DNA from: Acidilobaceae archaeon
Lineage (GTDB): Archaea; Thermoproteota; Thermoprotei_A; Sulfolobales; Acidilobaceae
Assembly: GCA_038897215.1 (NCBI GenBank)
Contig: JAWAWX010000001.1
Location: forward strand, 416,001 to 480,000
Length of the DNA stretch: 64,000 nucleotides
Direction of reading: 5' to 3'
In this document: one piece after another, positions 40,152 to 49,788 of the stretch
Position numbering within the stretch: position 1 is the stretch's first letter
Layout of the letters: every line of letters starts with the position of its first letter
Translations under genes and position numbers: made by a program
The notes under the pieces: model-generated
Told to the model about the DNA's origin: nothing
What the model saw: only the letters and a program-made list of their open reading frames with translations
The model's database searches: none

Positions 40152-40577
40152 CTAGGCTCCAAGGATGAGGTGAGCTATCGCGAAGTCTACTACTACCATG
40201 ACGGCTAGCCCTAGGAGAGCTAGCGCTAACGCTCTAGCTCCGGGGTTGTTGAGAGCTCCGCTGAGGCTCTCTCCTAGCTGTAAGCGTCTGCTAGCTAGCG
40301 TTAAGCAAAGCCAGACGGCTACCACAGCGAAAACCATGGGGACTCCTACGATCACGACTTCAGAGAATAGAGCCGAGATGCTTGCTGTCGGTAGGAGAGA
40401 CTCTCCTAGAAGAGCGTGCTTAACAGCTAGCAGGATAGAGCCTCCTAGCATCATGACGGAGAGGTCGCTCAAGCCTCTTCTACTCGAGGCTCTTGAGGCT
40501 AGTAGTAGGAGAGCCCCCACGAGTAGGGGTGGGATGAAGCAAGCCATAGATGCACCAGACCCATACGTAGAGTGCAC
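40152..40577 (-). CDS. Hypothetical membrane protein
   Basis: Four hydrophobic segments; likely ATG at MACFI. Confidence 0.65.
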   Translation of the reverse strand: MHSTYGSGASMACFIPPLLVGALLLLASRASSRRGLSDLSVMMLGGSILLAVKHALLGESLLPTASISALFSEVVIVGVPMVFAVVAVWLCLTLASRRLQLGESLSGALNNPGARALALALLGLAVMVVVDFAIAHLILGA

Positions 40578-40688
40578 CGGTAGAGACTATAAGCTTTACC
40601 AGGAGTCAGCGGGGAAGCTTCGAGCCCTCGAGAGGAGAGAGACCGTGGAGAGAGAAGCGGGGGGCTACTCGGGGAGCCCCCCGTTTCT

Positions 40689-41369
40689 CTACGAGGTGGA
40701 AGCGCGAGTCTTCTCGGTAGCTGTGACCTTCTCGAAGCTGGGGAGCTCTGGGAAGCTCTCCTTGAGCCTCTGCTCTGCTATTATGCTCGCCTCCTTGAGT
40801 ATCTTGGCTGCTTCCTCTGTCACGAACGTATTGTCTAGTGCTATCGGTGAGGTGACACTCGCTTGCAGTAGCACGCTCTGCAGAGCCTCGTCTATCTCTA
40901 CTAGCTCTGTGAACACGTCGGGCATCATGCCCTTTATGTAGCCTACTACCTGCCTGAGTGCTGCCACAGCCGGGGCTAGGTTTGCCTGAACGTCTCCAAA
41001 CATTATGGCTGTCTCTAGTCTTATCTTGACTCTCTCGAGCGCGTACCTAACAGTCATTATGACTCTAGCCATCTTCCTTACTTCTGCTACCTCAGAGGCG
41101 TACATCGTCGCCTTGGTCTTGTCTCCCTCGACGAGAGAGTTGACTGTCTTCTCGAATAGCATCCTATCGTAGCTCTGTAGCCTAGCTAGGCTGTAGTCTA
41201 GCTTGTTTATCTGAGCCCCTATCCTGTAGAGCGCGTTGACTAGCTGCTGCTTAGCGGGAGGCGGGGGGCTTATGAAGTCTCTAACCTTCTTGATCACGCT
41301 CTCCGAGTCCTCAGGGCCACTCCAGGTCTTAGCCCAGTGCTCGAGCCTGCTCATCTCGAGCCGCCACAC
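40689..41369 (-). CDS. ESCRT-III (CdvB1/B2-like) cell division protein
   Basis: Snf7 core (D..LFE..V...A.MYA.EVAEVRK...ALERV.IRLET), EAAKILKEA...FPELP; no C-terminal wH domain. Confidence 0.88.
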   Translation of the reverse strand: MWRLEMSRLEHWAKTWSGPEDSESVIKKVRDFISPPPPAKQQLVNALYRIGAQINKLDYSLARLQSYDRMLFEKTVNSLVEGDKTKATMYASEVAEVRKMARVIMTVRYALERVKIRLETAIMFGDVQANLAPAVAALRQVVGYIKGMMPDVFTELVEIDEALQSVLLQASVTSPIALDNTFVTEEAAKILKEASIIAEQRLKESFPELPSFEKVTATEKTRASTS

Positions 41370-41465
41370 TAGCTCTCTCCGAGACCCCCTAATCCAGAGA
41401 GAGACCTCATAGGACGGGCTCTCTCCCCTAAATACCCAGTGTTACTACTCCCCCCGTGAGGAGAG

Positions 41466-42194
41466 GTGCGCGTAATGGCTCTAAAGCTCGAGTCCGTGTC
41501 TCCCCTGATAGGCTCTGACGTAGAGGACGTCTATGGGAGAGTCGTCGGCACTCTGGTCTGCGTCACGAGCGATATGAATGGTAACGTTAAGAGCGTCGAC
41601 ATAAAGATAGCGGATAGAGCTATAGAGACCGTGCCGGCTGAGAGACTGACTCTAAGAGATGGGAAGCTCGTGGTGATCCCCTCCTGGAGGCATGTCGCCA
41701 CGACTGTCATAGAGGCTCTAGATAGAGCCTATAGGAGGAGGAGAGCTCTAGACACTATGGCCTCCTCGGACCTTCCCGGGGAGATCGTGGAGAGCTATAA
41801 GAGGAGCATAGCCGAGGAGATTAGAGAGCTAAAGGTTAGAGCAGAGGAGGCTAAGAAAGCGATCAAGGATAGGCTCGCGTCGCTCGAAGACGAGGCTCTA
41901 GCTGTGGCGAAAGCCATAGCCAGCCTCCAGATCCTCTACTTCAGCGGAGAGGTCTCAGAGAAGGTCTACAACCAGAGCATGAACCACCTCAGGAAGATGA
42001 GAGACAAGATAACAGAGGAGAAGAACGACGCCAAGAGAGTCCTGGACAAGCTGGAGAAGACTCTGGAGGCTGCTCTGGCTCCAGCTCCCAGAGAGGAGGC
42101 TAAACAGCAACCACAACAACAACCCCAACAGCAACAGCAACGGCCTCCAACTCAGCAGCCTCAGCCGATACTAGTCAAGGTCGAGGAGGCATAG
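41466..42194 (+). CDS. cdvA: Cell division protein CdvA
   Basis: PRC barrel (VEDVYGRVVG), coiled coil, YFSGEVSE, C-terminal PILVKV peptide. Confidence 0.85.
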   Translation: MRVMALKLESVSPLIGSDVEDVYGRVVGTLVCVTSDMNGNVKSVDIKIADRAIETVPAERLTLRDGKLVVIPSWRHVATTVIEALDRAYRRRRALDTMASSDLPGEIVESYKRSIAEEIRELKVRAEEAKKAIKDRLASLEDEALAVAKAIASLQILYFSGEVSEKVYNQSMNHLRKMRDKITEEKNDAKRVLDKLEKTLEAALAPAPREEAKQQPQQQPQQQQQRPPTQQPQPILVKVEEA

Positions 42195-42208
42195 CTACTC
42201 TCAGCACG

Positions 42209-43537
42209 CTACAGCAGGTAAAAGGCTAGAGCTAAGAACGTGCAGTACACGACAACATTCACTAGAGTCACTAGAGCCCCTACTCTCAGGAACTCTTTGA
42301 ACGTGATAGTAGACCCCATTCTTGACTCCAGGTACTCTAGTATTATTATGTTGGAGGCGGCCCCGAAGAGAGTCAGGTTTCCCGCTATGGTCGTAGCCAT
42401 AGCGAGCGCTATCCAGGCGTGGGCATCTCCTTCAGTATAGCCTAGGTCGTGCATGTATTTCAGCATGAGCTGAGCGAAGGGCACGTTGCTGACTAGCTGG
42501 CTACCGATCACCGAGAGAGCCGTTATCAGTAGCAGGTCTGTCACCACGCTGTCGCTCCTAGATGGTAGCAGTAGAGATAGAAGAGGGTTTAGAGCCCCGC
42601 TCCTCCAGACTCCCTCCATGGATATGAACATGGCTATGAAGAAGACTACTGTGCCCCAGTCTACCCCGCCGATCACTCTACGAGGCTCGCTCGCGAGCAC
42701 GTAGAGAGCTGAGGCGACCAGGAAGGGTAGGAAGCCTCTGTGAGTGACGTGCGGCAAGCCTAGGAGCTCCAGCACGTCGTTGGCTACCAGTAGAGCGATG
42801 GATGCCACGAGCCCTACTAGAGCTAGCGCTGCGTCGCGCTTATTCCTTATCTGCTCTTGAGGTACTACCAGCAACCCCCCGGTTCTCCTCAGCTTAACCC
42901 CGTAGACCTTCATCAGGATATACGGGGTTATCAGTAAGTTCAAGAGCGTGGGTATGGAGAGGTACAGCACGAACTTGAGGAAGGGAGCCTGCAAGCCGGA
43001 CCCCGTGGCTATCAAGACGTTCTGAGGATTCCCTATAGGGGTCATGACCGAGCCTATGGTAAGCGAGAAAGCCAGCAGTAAAAACATGGCCGTGGGGTTC
43101 ACTCCGAGAGCTCTAGCTACAGTGTAGGCTATAGGGGGGCCTACGAGAGCAACGGTATCGTTCATAGCCACTGCGGCGAGGACGCCGAAGAAGAGCGAAG
43201 AAGCATAGACCAGGAGCACGGGTGACCTGAACAGGCTGATGAACCACGCCGCTATAGCAGAGAGGAGGCCCGACGACTCGGCTAAGCTGACTATGCTGAA
43301 CATGCCTATCAGGAAGAGGATCACGTCTAGGTTTATGGCAGTACCGAGCTCATCTAGAGGGACGAGCCCGGATACTACTGCAGTAAACGAGGCGAAAGCC
43401 ATGATGCTCCAAACAGGGGTCCGAGGTCTCCTGCTTCTGACGACTAGAGACACTATGATCATAGCTATTATCAGCCATCCGGCGACGACACTGTAGTTCA
43501 CGCTCTCTCCCCCCAGTCCGAGAGCAGCTGCAATCAA
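42209..43537 (-). CDS. ArsB/NhaD (SLC13/CitMHS) anion permease
   Basis: NDT, GSVMTPIGNPQN, SNVP, AGNLTLFGAASNII; about 11 TMs. Confidence 0.88.
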   Translation of the reverse strand: MIAAALGLGGESVNYSVVAGWLIIAMIIVSLVVRSRRPRTPVWSIMAFASFTAVVSGLVPLDELGTAINLDVILFLIGMFSIVSLAESSGLLSAIAAWFISLFRSPVLLVYASSLFFGVLAAVAMNDTVALVGPPIAYTVARALGVNPTAMFLLLAFSLTIGSVMTPIGNPQNVLIATGSGLQAPFLKFVLYLSIPTLLNLLITPYILMKVYGVKLRRTGGLLVVPQEQIRNKRDAALALVGLVASIALLVANDVLELLGLPHVTHRGFLPFLVASALYVLASEPRRVIGGVDWGTVVFFIAMFISMEGVWRSGALNPLLSLLLPSRSDSVVTDLLLITALSVIGSQLVSNVPFAQLMLKYMHDLGYTEGDAHAWIALAMATTIAGNLTLFGAASNIIILEYLESRMGSTITFKEFLRVGALVTLVNVVVYCTFLALAFYLL

Positions 43538-43699
43538 GCGTAAGCGAGGCTCTCGGTGAGGTTCAAAAGCTTAGCGCTAGCGCTTAGATCTACTGAAGCT
43601 ACTCTAATCGCTCTTCTAGAAGACAGTCTCGCTAGCTCTTAAAGCCTCGGAGAGCTGGAGGAGCGGGAGACTACGGGTGGAGGCTGGAGGGGGTGCTTT

Positions 43700-43972
43700 G
43701 TGAGCTCTAAGAGAGAGAAGCAGGCGCCTCGGAGAGTCGAGCCGAGAGACCTGGTTGAAGCTATGCTGACACCCGAGCTTCTCGAGAGAGCTTCGAGAGA
43801 GCTGTTGAAGGAGCCCGTAGTGACTCCTTTTAGAGCAGCTCAGAAGCTGGGAGTCAAGGTGTCTACTGCTAGGAGATTGCTAGCTAGGTTAGCTGAATCC
43901 GGTCTCTTGAAGCCAGCTGGGGGGACTAGGAGAGCTAGGCTCTACGTGCCCGCTCGAGAGGTCAAAGCTTAA
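43700..43972 (+). CDS. rps25e: 30S ribosomal protein eS25-like
   Basis: VVTPFRAAQKLGVKVSTARRLLARL...RRARLY. Confidence 0.75.
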   Translation: MSSKREKQAPRRVEPRDLVEAMLTPELLERASRELLKEPVVTPFRAAQKLGVKVSTARRLLARLAESGLLKPAGGTRRARLYVPAREVKA

Positions 43973-43977
43973 CCGCC

Positions 43978-44859
43978 ATGGCTTTGAAGGTTCTCGTAGC
44001 TGGGCTCTATCACCTAGACTCGGGCAAGACCGTCTTAGCCTCTAGTCTAGTCTACGCTCTGAGAAGAGAGGGCTTCAAGGCGGTTGGCTTCAAGCCCTTG
44101 GGCGTTACTGAGCTCTGGAGCTATCCCCGTATTCTCGAGGAGTCTGTGAGAGCGGGAGCGCTCGTAACTAGAGACGGTCTAGCTCTCTACAAGGCTACAG
44201 GAGCCTTCAACCCCATAGTCTTGAACCCCGTTGGAGGGATAGCTGTGCCTCTAGACCCGAGAGTCTTCGAGTGGAGAGAGAGCCTGATGGACGCCGCTCT
44301 AAGCAACCCCTATTCCCGCATGGCTCTAGCTAGAGTGACTTTCTGCACTATGGAGGCTCCTGCTTCGAGGCACTTCTTCAACCAGGCGGCGTGCGCTAGA
44401 ACAGCTAGGAGTGTGAGGGAGGAGGTAGAGGAAGCAGCGATACTACTTAGACCGATGCCGGAGCACACTACTCCAAGAGGGTTAGCCGAGCTATTCGAGA
44501 ACGAGGGGGGAGCTGCTGCCGACTCCTGCCTAGACGCTGTCTCGGAGAAAGCCGAGGTAGTCGTGGCGGAGTCTAACTCCGATATAGCTGCTCCCACGAG
44601 GAGACTGGCCAGCCCAGACCTAGTAGTCCTCGTGGCTCGCAACGTGGCGGCTCTAGTGAACGGGCTCAGGTACTCTAAGGCTGTGGAGCTCAGGATGAGG
44701 CAGGGGAAGCCGTGGACTGTCTCAACTAGAGAGATAGCGAGCCTCCTAGCCCCCCAGAGGGTAGTCGAGCTACCGCTGAAGAGCGACCCGAGCGAGGGGT
44801 ACTCGGCGAGCGAGATAGAGGAGATAGTAGAGGAGGTTAAAAGCCTGGCTAGAAGATAG
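43978..44859 (+). CDS. Predicted P-loop ATPase (BioD/CobQ-like N-terminus)
   Basis: LVAGLYHLDSGKT, GFKP, VVAES. Confidence 0.75.
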   Translation: MALKVLVAGLYHLDSGKTVLASSLVYALRREGFKAVGFKPLGVTELWSYPRILEESVRAGALVTRDGLALYKATGAFNPIVLNPVGGIAVPLDPRVFEWRESLMDAALSNPYSRMALARVTFCTMEAPASRHFFNQAACARTARSVREEVEEAAILLRPMPEHTTPRGLAELFENEGGAAADSCLDAVSEKAEVVVAESNSDIAAPTRRLASPDLVVLVARNVAALVNGLRYSKAVELRMRQGKPWTVSTREIASLLAPQRVVELPLKSDPSEGYSASEIEEIVEEVKSLARR

Positions 44860-44907
44860 AGAGGCTGGAATGTGGAGAGCCGTGTCCTCGATTTGAGAGG
44901 CGAGAGC

Positions 44908-44955
44908 CGATGAAGAGCTCTGGGGTATCCGAAGAAAACCAGGCTGTAGTCCTAA
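44908..44955 (+). ncRNA. Candidate degenerate box C/D sRNA
   Basis: CGATGA...CCGA AGAAAA...CTAA; guide CCAGGCTGTAGT is complementary to a 23S ACU(A/G)CAGCCUGG segment as recalled. Confidence 0.45.
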
Positions 44956-45023
44956 ATGCTGTCACGATAGAGAAGGAGGGTGGGGAGAGAGCGTAAAGCT
45001 AGCCTGACGAGAGCTTAGCCGAG

Positions 45024-45737
45024 TTATTCTTCTTCTGCTTCCTCAGCTTCTGGTGCCTCCTCGAGCTCTGCCCTGACTAGCGCCTTGATCTCCCTCAAGA
45101 TCTTGTCTGCTTCTCTGTACTCGACGTTAGTGGCTCTGGCTAGGAGCTGGCTTATGTTGGTCTTCATGAAGTCGTCTAAGCTTCCAGTATAGTCCATAGC
45201 GGTCCTCCTGAGCACTAGTGGAGTAGGCTCTAAGACAGCTCCTCTCACTATAGCTTTGGCTTCGTTGACGGGAGTCGCTATTAGAGCGCCAACATCTCTT
45301 CCCTTGTATCTCACTAGGTACACTATGTCTCCGCTAGCTAGCTCTATGGCTTTCTCCGCCTCGAAGGCTATCGCCTCAGCTACAAGCCTCTTAGCTATGG
45401 ATTTGACGTCGCTAACCACTCTATCGACTTCGGCTTGAGGAACAGACCTCCAGAGCTGTACTTGGAGCTTTTCTAGCTCCCAGATTATCCTGCCCTCTTC
45501 TACCCTGTAGTCGACCGCTACTCTGACCACGTCTCCCTTCTCTGTCTTCAGTCTATCGACGAGGATCTCGTAGAGTATCCTGTTAAGCTCTCCCGCTGCT
45601 CTAGCTACCTCCTGGGAGGTTATCTCGCCGCTCTTGACTAAGTCTCTTGTCTGAGCGAAGAGCGTTCTCCTAACCTTGTCCGCGTAGGCTCCAGCGATAA
45701 CTAGCCCTGTTCTGAGAGTTCTAGTGTGAGAAGTCAT
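45024..45737 (-). CDS. DUF2258 / ThermoDBP-related ssDNA-binding protein
   Basis: LRTGLVIAGAYADKVRRTLFAQ, ELNRILY, KGDVVR. Confidence 0.88.
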   Translation of the reverse strand: MTSHTRTLRTGLVIAGAYADKVRRTLFAQTRDLVKSGEITSQEVARAAGELNRILYEILVDRLKTEKGDVVRVAVDYRVEEGRIIWELEKLQVQLWRSVPQAEVDRVVSDVKSIAKRLVAEAIAFEAEKAIELASGDIVYLVRYKGRDVGALIATPVNEAKAIVRGAVLEPTPLVLRRTAMDYTGSLDDFMKTNISQLLARATNVEYREADKILREIKALVRAELEEAPEAEEAEEE

Positions 45738-45814
45738 TTCGGCTCACCGCCGGGTAGATCTCTACTACTGCCTAGAGCTTAAAGGGATTAAGTCGTGGAG
45801 GCTTCTCGCATCGC

Positions 45815-46531
45815 TTAGAGAACGCAGTCTGCTAGAGCTGAGACAGAGTCTACTCTTAGAGAGTTCTCCTCGAGGTTGAGGACTAGATTCGTTGCTCTCA
45901 GCTCGACTCCGCTCTCGACCGCTCTCCTAACCGCGCTCGCGATCTCGGGGAATCTGCTACAGTAGAAGCCAGCTCTTCTGACTCTAGGATGGCTGGCTAC
46001 CAGGACTAGGATGGCTCTGAAGCCTCTCTTAGCTATCTCGAGGAGAGTCAATACATGCCTAAGCCCTCTCTCGGTAGGAGCGTCTGGGTAGGCTGCCGTC
46101 TCTCCAGCTAGTGCTAGAGCGCTCTTGGCTTCAAGGTAGGCTAGCGATTCTCCGCAGGAGAGCTCAAAGTCGAGAGTAGAGCCGTAGAGTCTAGGCTTTC
46201 TCCTTCTGAGAGAGCAGTCGCTAAGCCACGGTATCAGCTTGGATGAGATGGCTCTCTCGAGAGCTCTCTCGTGGGCCATCGTGTCTACTATAGACCAGCC
46301 TCCCTCCAGCTCGACAGCGACCAGCCTGAGCCCGAGCTCGCCACTACTAGGAGAGCAGAGAGCAAGCCTCCCGGGCTCTAGGACTCCCTCGAGTCTCCCA
46401 GTGTTCGCGACTAGAGCTCTAGCCGTGGTCTCGCGCCACTCGACTAGAGCGACGAGTCTACTCGGTCTGCTCAGCACTCTACAAGAGTGTAGCTCGAGGA
46501 GACTCAGCTCGCTCAACTTAATCGAGCCCAT
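45815..46531 (-). CDS. sfsA: SfsA-family nuclease
   Basis: NTGRL, LDF...EAKS, YPDAPTERGLRH. Confidence 0.88.
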   Translation of the reverse strand: MGSIKLSELSLLELHSCRVLSRPSRLVALVEWRETTARALVANTGRLEGVLEPGRLALCSPSSGELGLRLVAVELEGGWSIVDTMAHERALERAISSKLIPWLSDCSLRRRKPRLYGSTLDFELSCGESLAYLEAKSALALAGETAAYPDAPTERGLRHVLTLLEIAKRGFRAILVLVASHPRVRRAGFYCSRFPEIASAVRRAVESGVELRATNLVLNLEENSLRVDSVSALADCVL

Positions 46532-46553
46532 CCTGGAGCGCCTCCCGAGAGTT

Positions 46554-47711
46554 CTACCTCTTCTTGACTAAAAGCATGCTGACGAAAAACCCCGGGGTCC
46601 CATCGAGATGAGGAGAGAACCTGTACCCGTAGCCCGTGTCTCTCCCCCTGGCTCTAGGCCTGAAGTCTGGCTCTTCCAGCTCGAAGCCGAGGCTTAGAGC
46701 GTACTCTACCACTGCCTCGTTCTCCACGTCTGTGAGAGTACACGTAGAGTACACTAGCCTGCCCCCCTTCCTCAAGACTCTGTAGGCTTCTCTCACGAAC
46801 TGCAACTGGTACCTTGCTGCGGAGACTGACTCTCTGAGAGTCCTCCTATCGTAGACCTTGGGGATCACGCCTATGTCTGTGCAAGGGGGGTCTACGAGGA
46901 CCGCGTCTACTCTACCTGAGAGGTCTCCTAGGAGCTCTGAGGCTCTCCTAGAGTCTCCTCCGATGACTTTGACCCAGCTTGCTCCAAGCTTTCTCAGAGT
47001 GTTCTCGAGCTTCTCCACCTTGCTGGGTCTATCGACCCCCACTATGGTCGCTCGGGGCCCTGCTAGCTGAGCCACGTGCCCTATCTTGCCTCCAGGAGCA
47101 GCATTGAAGTCTACTATCACCTCTCCCGGCTTGGGGTTCAGGATTCTGGCTACGTACATAGACGTGATGGATTGCCCGTAGGAGAGCTCCCCGTAGCCGG
47201 GTAGCTCCGAGACTCTCGGGGCTCTGTAGACTGGCTCCGTGACTCTGACGAAGAGACCCCTCTTCCTCCTAGCTGCCTCCTCCCAGCTCGTTACCGCGAC
47301 TCCCGAGCCTACGGGGACCCCGTTGGGGGAGTATATCGTGACAGAGTCTCCTTCTCTTACGCCGCGCGCCTCCAGGACGCCGGGAGCGTAGAGGTCGCTA
47401 CCCATGAGGACAGACTCGCTAGCATTCTTGTCTGCCACTACTGCCTTATCGTACACGGTTATCCCCTGGGGGCCCTCCACGGGGGTCCACAGCGCCTCCT
47501 CTATCTCCTCGTCTCTCCTGAAGTCTAGACCGAGCGACCTCAAGAGCTCCAGGTATCTCTCAGGGCTGGTCTTGAGGGTATTTACTCTAACATAGAGACG
47601 GGGCGCTGGTCTCGTGAGACTCTCGAGGAGCCTGCAGAGAGGCCCAGAGGCTGAGTCGAGAACCTCGAGTAACCCCACGTCGTACTCTAGAGGAGTCCCA
47701 CAGGCTCCCAT
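46554..47711 (-). CDS. RsmB/NOP2-family RNA m5C methyltransferase with PUA domain
   Basis: RVNTLK, DFNAAPGGK, DPPC, YSTCT. Confidence 0.92.
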   Translation of the reverse strand: MGACGTPLEYDVGLLEVLDSASGPLCRLLESLTRPAPRLYVRVNTLKTSPERYLELLRSLGLDFRRDEEIEEALWTPVEGPQGITVYDKAVVADKNASESVLMGSDLYAPGVLEARGVREGDSVTIYSPNGVPVGSGVAVTSWEEAARRKRGLFVRVTEPVYRAPRVSELPGYGELSYGQSITSMYVARILNPKPGEVIVDFNAAPGGKIGHVAQLAGPRATIVGVDRPSKVEKLENTLRKLGASWVKVIGGDSRRASELLGDLSGRVDAVLVDPPCTDIGVIPKVYDRRTLRESVSAARYQLQFVREAYRVLRKGGRLVYSTCTLTDVENEAVVEYALSLGFELEEPDFRPRARGRDTGYGYRFSPHLDGTPGFFVSMLLVKKR

Positions 47712-47724
47712 CGAGCCCCCGTCT

Positions 47725-48681
47725 CTAGAAGATAGCGTGGCTTATCCTAGCCGCTACTCTCCTCGAGACCTCGTCTATCTTGAGCCAGTCGCTGTAGGAT
47801 AGGCTCCAGCCTACTGCTCCAGCGTTCTCTCTGACTTGCTCTGGGGTCTTGGCTCCCGGTATGGGGACTATTGCGTCGCTGTAGGCTATGAGCCAGTTGA
47901 GAGCTACCTGAGCAGGGGTCTTCCCGTACCTGGCTCCGACTTCTCTCAAGACCTCTACTAGCTCGAGTATAGCCTGGTAGTTCTCTCTGGAGAAGAGGGG
48001 GCTCCCAGCTCTAAAGTCTCCTAGTCTGCTGATATCGTCTAGCGAGTACTTCCCCGTGAGAGCTCCCTTAGCTAGAGGGCTCCAAGCCATGACCGTCATC
48101 CCGTTGGCTTCAGCGTAGGGTATGTGCTCCTCCTCTGCTTCTCTCTCGACGAGGTTGAACTTGACCTGCAAGACCTCGATATCAGCTCTAGCTAGACACT
48201 GCCTAGCCGCTTCAACCAGCTCTACTGGGTAGTCGCTGAGACCGAGGTAGCCCACCTTGCCTAGAGCCACGAGCCTCTCTAGTGCTCTCATGTAGCTACA
48301 CGTCGGCACATGGTCCCAGCAGGGGGGCCAGTGGACTAGGAGGACGTCCACGTCGTCTACCTGGAGCCTCTGAAGCGATCTCTCGACAGCTCTAGGTATA
48401 TCTCTAGGTCTCAGGAACTCTCCGGGTATCTTCGTGGCTATGACTACCTCGTCTCTCTTCACCTGGAGCTCTCTCAGAGCTCTCCCTATGAAGCTCTCGC
48501 TGAGCCCATCCCCGTAGACCATTGCTGTGTCTATGAAGTTCACTCCCTGCCTTACAGCCTCCTCAATCACAGCTTTGGCTTTAGAGTAATCAACTAGCCC
48601 CCACGTCTCGCTAAACTGCCAGGTCCCCAGACCTATCCTGGAGATCTTGAGGTCCGTGGTTCCAAGGAGAGTGTACTCCAA
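47725..48681 (-). CDS. Aldo/keto reductase
   Basis: IGLGTWQF, DTAMVYG, WSPLAKG, IPGAK. Confidence 0.93.
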   Translation of the reverse strand: MEYTLLGTTDLKISRIGLGTWQFSETWGLVDYSKAKAVIEEAVRQGVNFIDTAMVYGDGLSESFIGRALRELQVKRDEVVIATKIPGEFLRPRDIPRAVERSLQRLQVDDVDVLLVHWPPCWDHVPTCSYMRALERLVALGKVGYLGLSDYPVELVEAARQCLARADIEVLQVKFNLVEREAEEEHIPYAEANGMTVMAWSPLAKGALTGKYSLDDISRLGDFRAGSPLFSRENYQAILELVEVLREVGARYGKTPAQVALNWLIAYSDAIVPIPGAKTPEQVRENAGAVGWSLSYSDWLKIDEVSRRVAARISHAIF

Positions 48682-48728
48682 CCCCCCGCACCCCCTACTT
48701 TCTCTCCCCGCTTTTAGCTCGGCTCGCG

Positions 48729-49175
48729 CTATATCGGCTTTACTGGCTGCTCTGCTCCGCAGGCTTCGCAGACCAGCGTCCAGACTCTCCCTCTCTTCTC
48801 TATTCTGGTATCTATGCTATTGCATGTAGGGCATCTCACGTATAGCTTCTCGAAGTTCTCAAGGATCTTCTTCAGAACCTTTCCTGATATCCTCATGTTG
48901 AGCACTAGCTGAGAGCTCTCCGAGTCGTAGTAGCCTCCTGTAGCGAGTTCTTTCAAGAGATACCTGGCTACCAGCTCGGGGTCTCTCTTGAGTGGTGCAG
49001 CGAGCTCTCTCAGATTCCTCACTATAGCCTGGTTGCCCGCGATCACCACCTCCGGGTCTGGAATGACTAGGCCCGATGTCCCGCTTCTTGGAGGCACCTT
49101 CTTGTAGAGCCTGCTCAGAAGCCACTCGTAGTTTCTGAGTAGAGCGAGACTAGAGCCTCTCGAAGTCTCAGACAA
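48729..49175 (-). CDS. eif2b: Translation initiation factor aIF2 beta
   Basis: YLLKELAT, CPTCNSIDT...CEACGA. Confidence 0.93.
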   Translation of the reverse strand: MSETSRGSSLALLRNYEWLLSRLYKKVPPRSGTSGLVIPDPEVVIAGNQAIVRNLRELAAPLKRDPELVARYLLKELATGGYYDSESSQLVLNMRISGKVLKKILENFEKLYVRCPTCNSIDTRIEKRGRVWTLVCEACGAEQPVKPI

Positions 49176-49289
49176 CCCTGAGAGACACCCCCGAGGAGGC
49201 TTTCTGCGAGAAGCAGAGGTATTAACTTGGAGCTCTCAACGCTTTTTATAGGTCTCCACGCTGATACTGTTAGAGGAGGCGGCTGAAGT

Positions 49290-49745
49290 ACGAGCAGAGC
49301 TCGAGACCTCCTCGAGAAGAGATACGAGGAAGAGGTTAGGAGGATAGCTAGATTCTGGCCTGTGGAGATGGTCACTCTTAGAGAGGCATCGAAGGGGAGA
49401 AGGTTTGTCAAGCTTCAGACGGGCGATGTCCACGAGTTCGACTCAAGCGAGGTTGGTGAAGTGCTTTCCAGAGTCCCCGTCTACCTCTGGGATCTAGTCA
49501 AGCTACCCATAATCCTGAAGTATAGGAGGTTCGATGACGGGACTTGCGAGGTGAGAGTTGAGGGAGACGTGTGGCAGAAGAGGCTGGTCGAGATTCTGCT
49601 AAAGGGCTCCATGTCTTCAACGGGGATCGAGAAGCTAGACTCTGAAAGCTTCAGAGCTCTCCTCTCGAGATACAAGACTCTAATCTTCATAGGCTTAGCT
49701 GGCTTAGAGGAGTCGCTTGAATCGAGTAGAGTAGAGGAGGCTTAA
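49290..49745 (+). CDS. DUF61 (UPF0216) family protein
   Basis: VTLREA, GDVHEF, VKLPII. Extended from track start 49362 to ACG at 49290 behind SD GGAGGCGG. Confidence 0.7.
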   Translation, partial: TSRARDLLEKRYEEEVRRIARFWPVEMVTLREASKGRRFVKLQTGDVHEFDSSEVGEVLSRVPVYLWDLVKLPIILKYRRFDDGTCEVRVEGDVWQKRLVEILLKGSMSSTGIEKLDSESFRALLSRYKTLIFIGLAGLEESLESSRVEEA

Positions 49746-49788
49746 AGAGTCCTCGGTCTCCAGGCTCCGTAGATGTGGTGAGCTCTGC

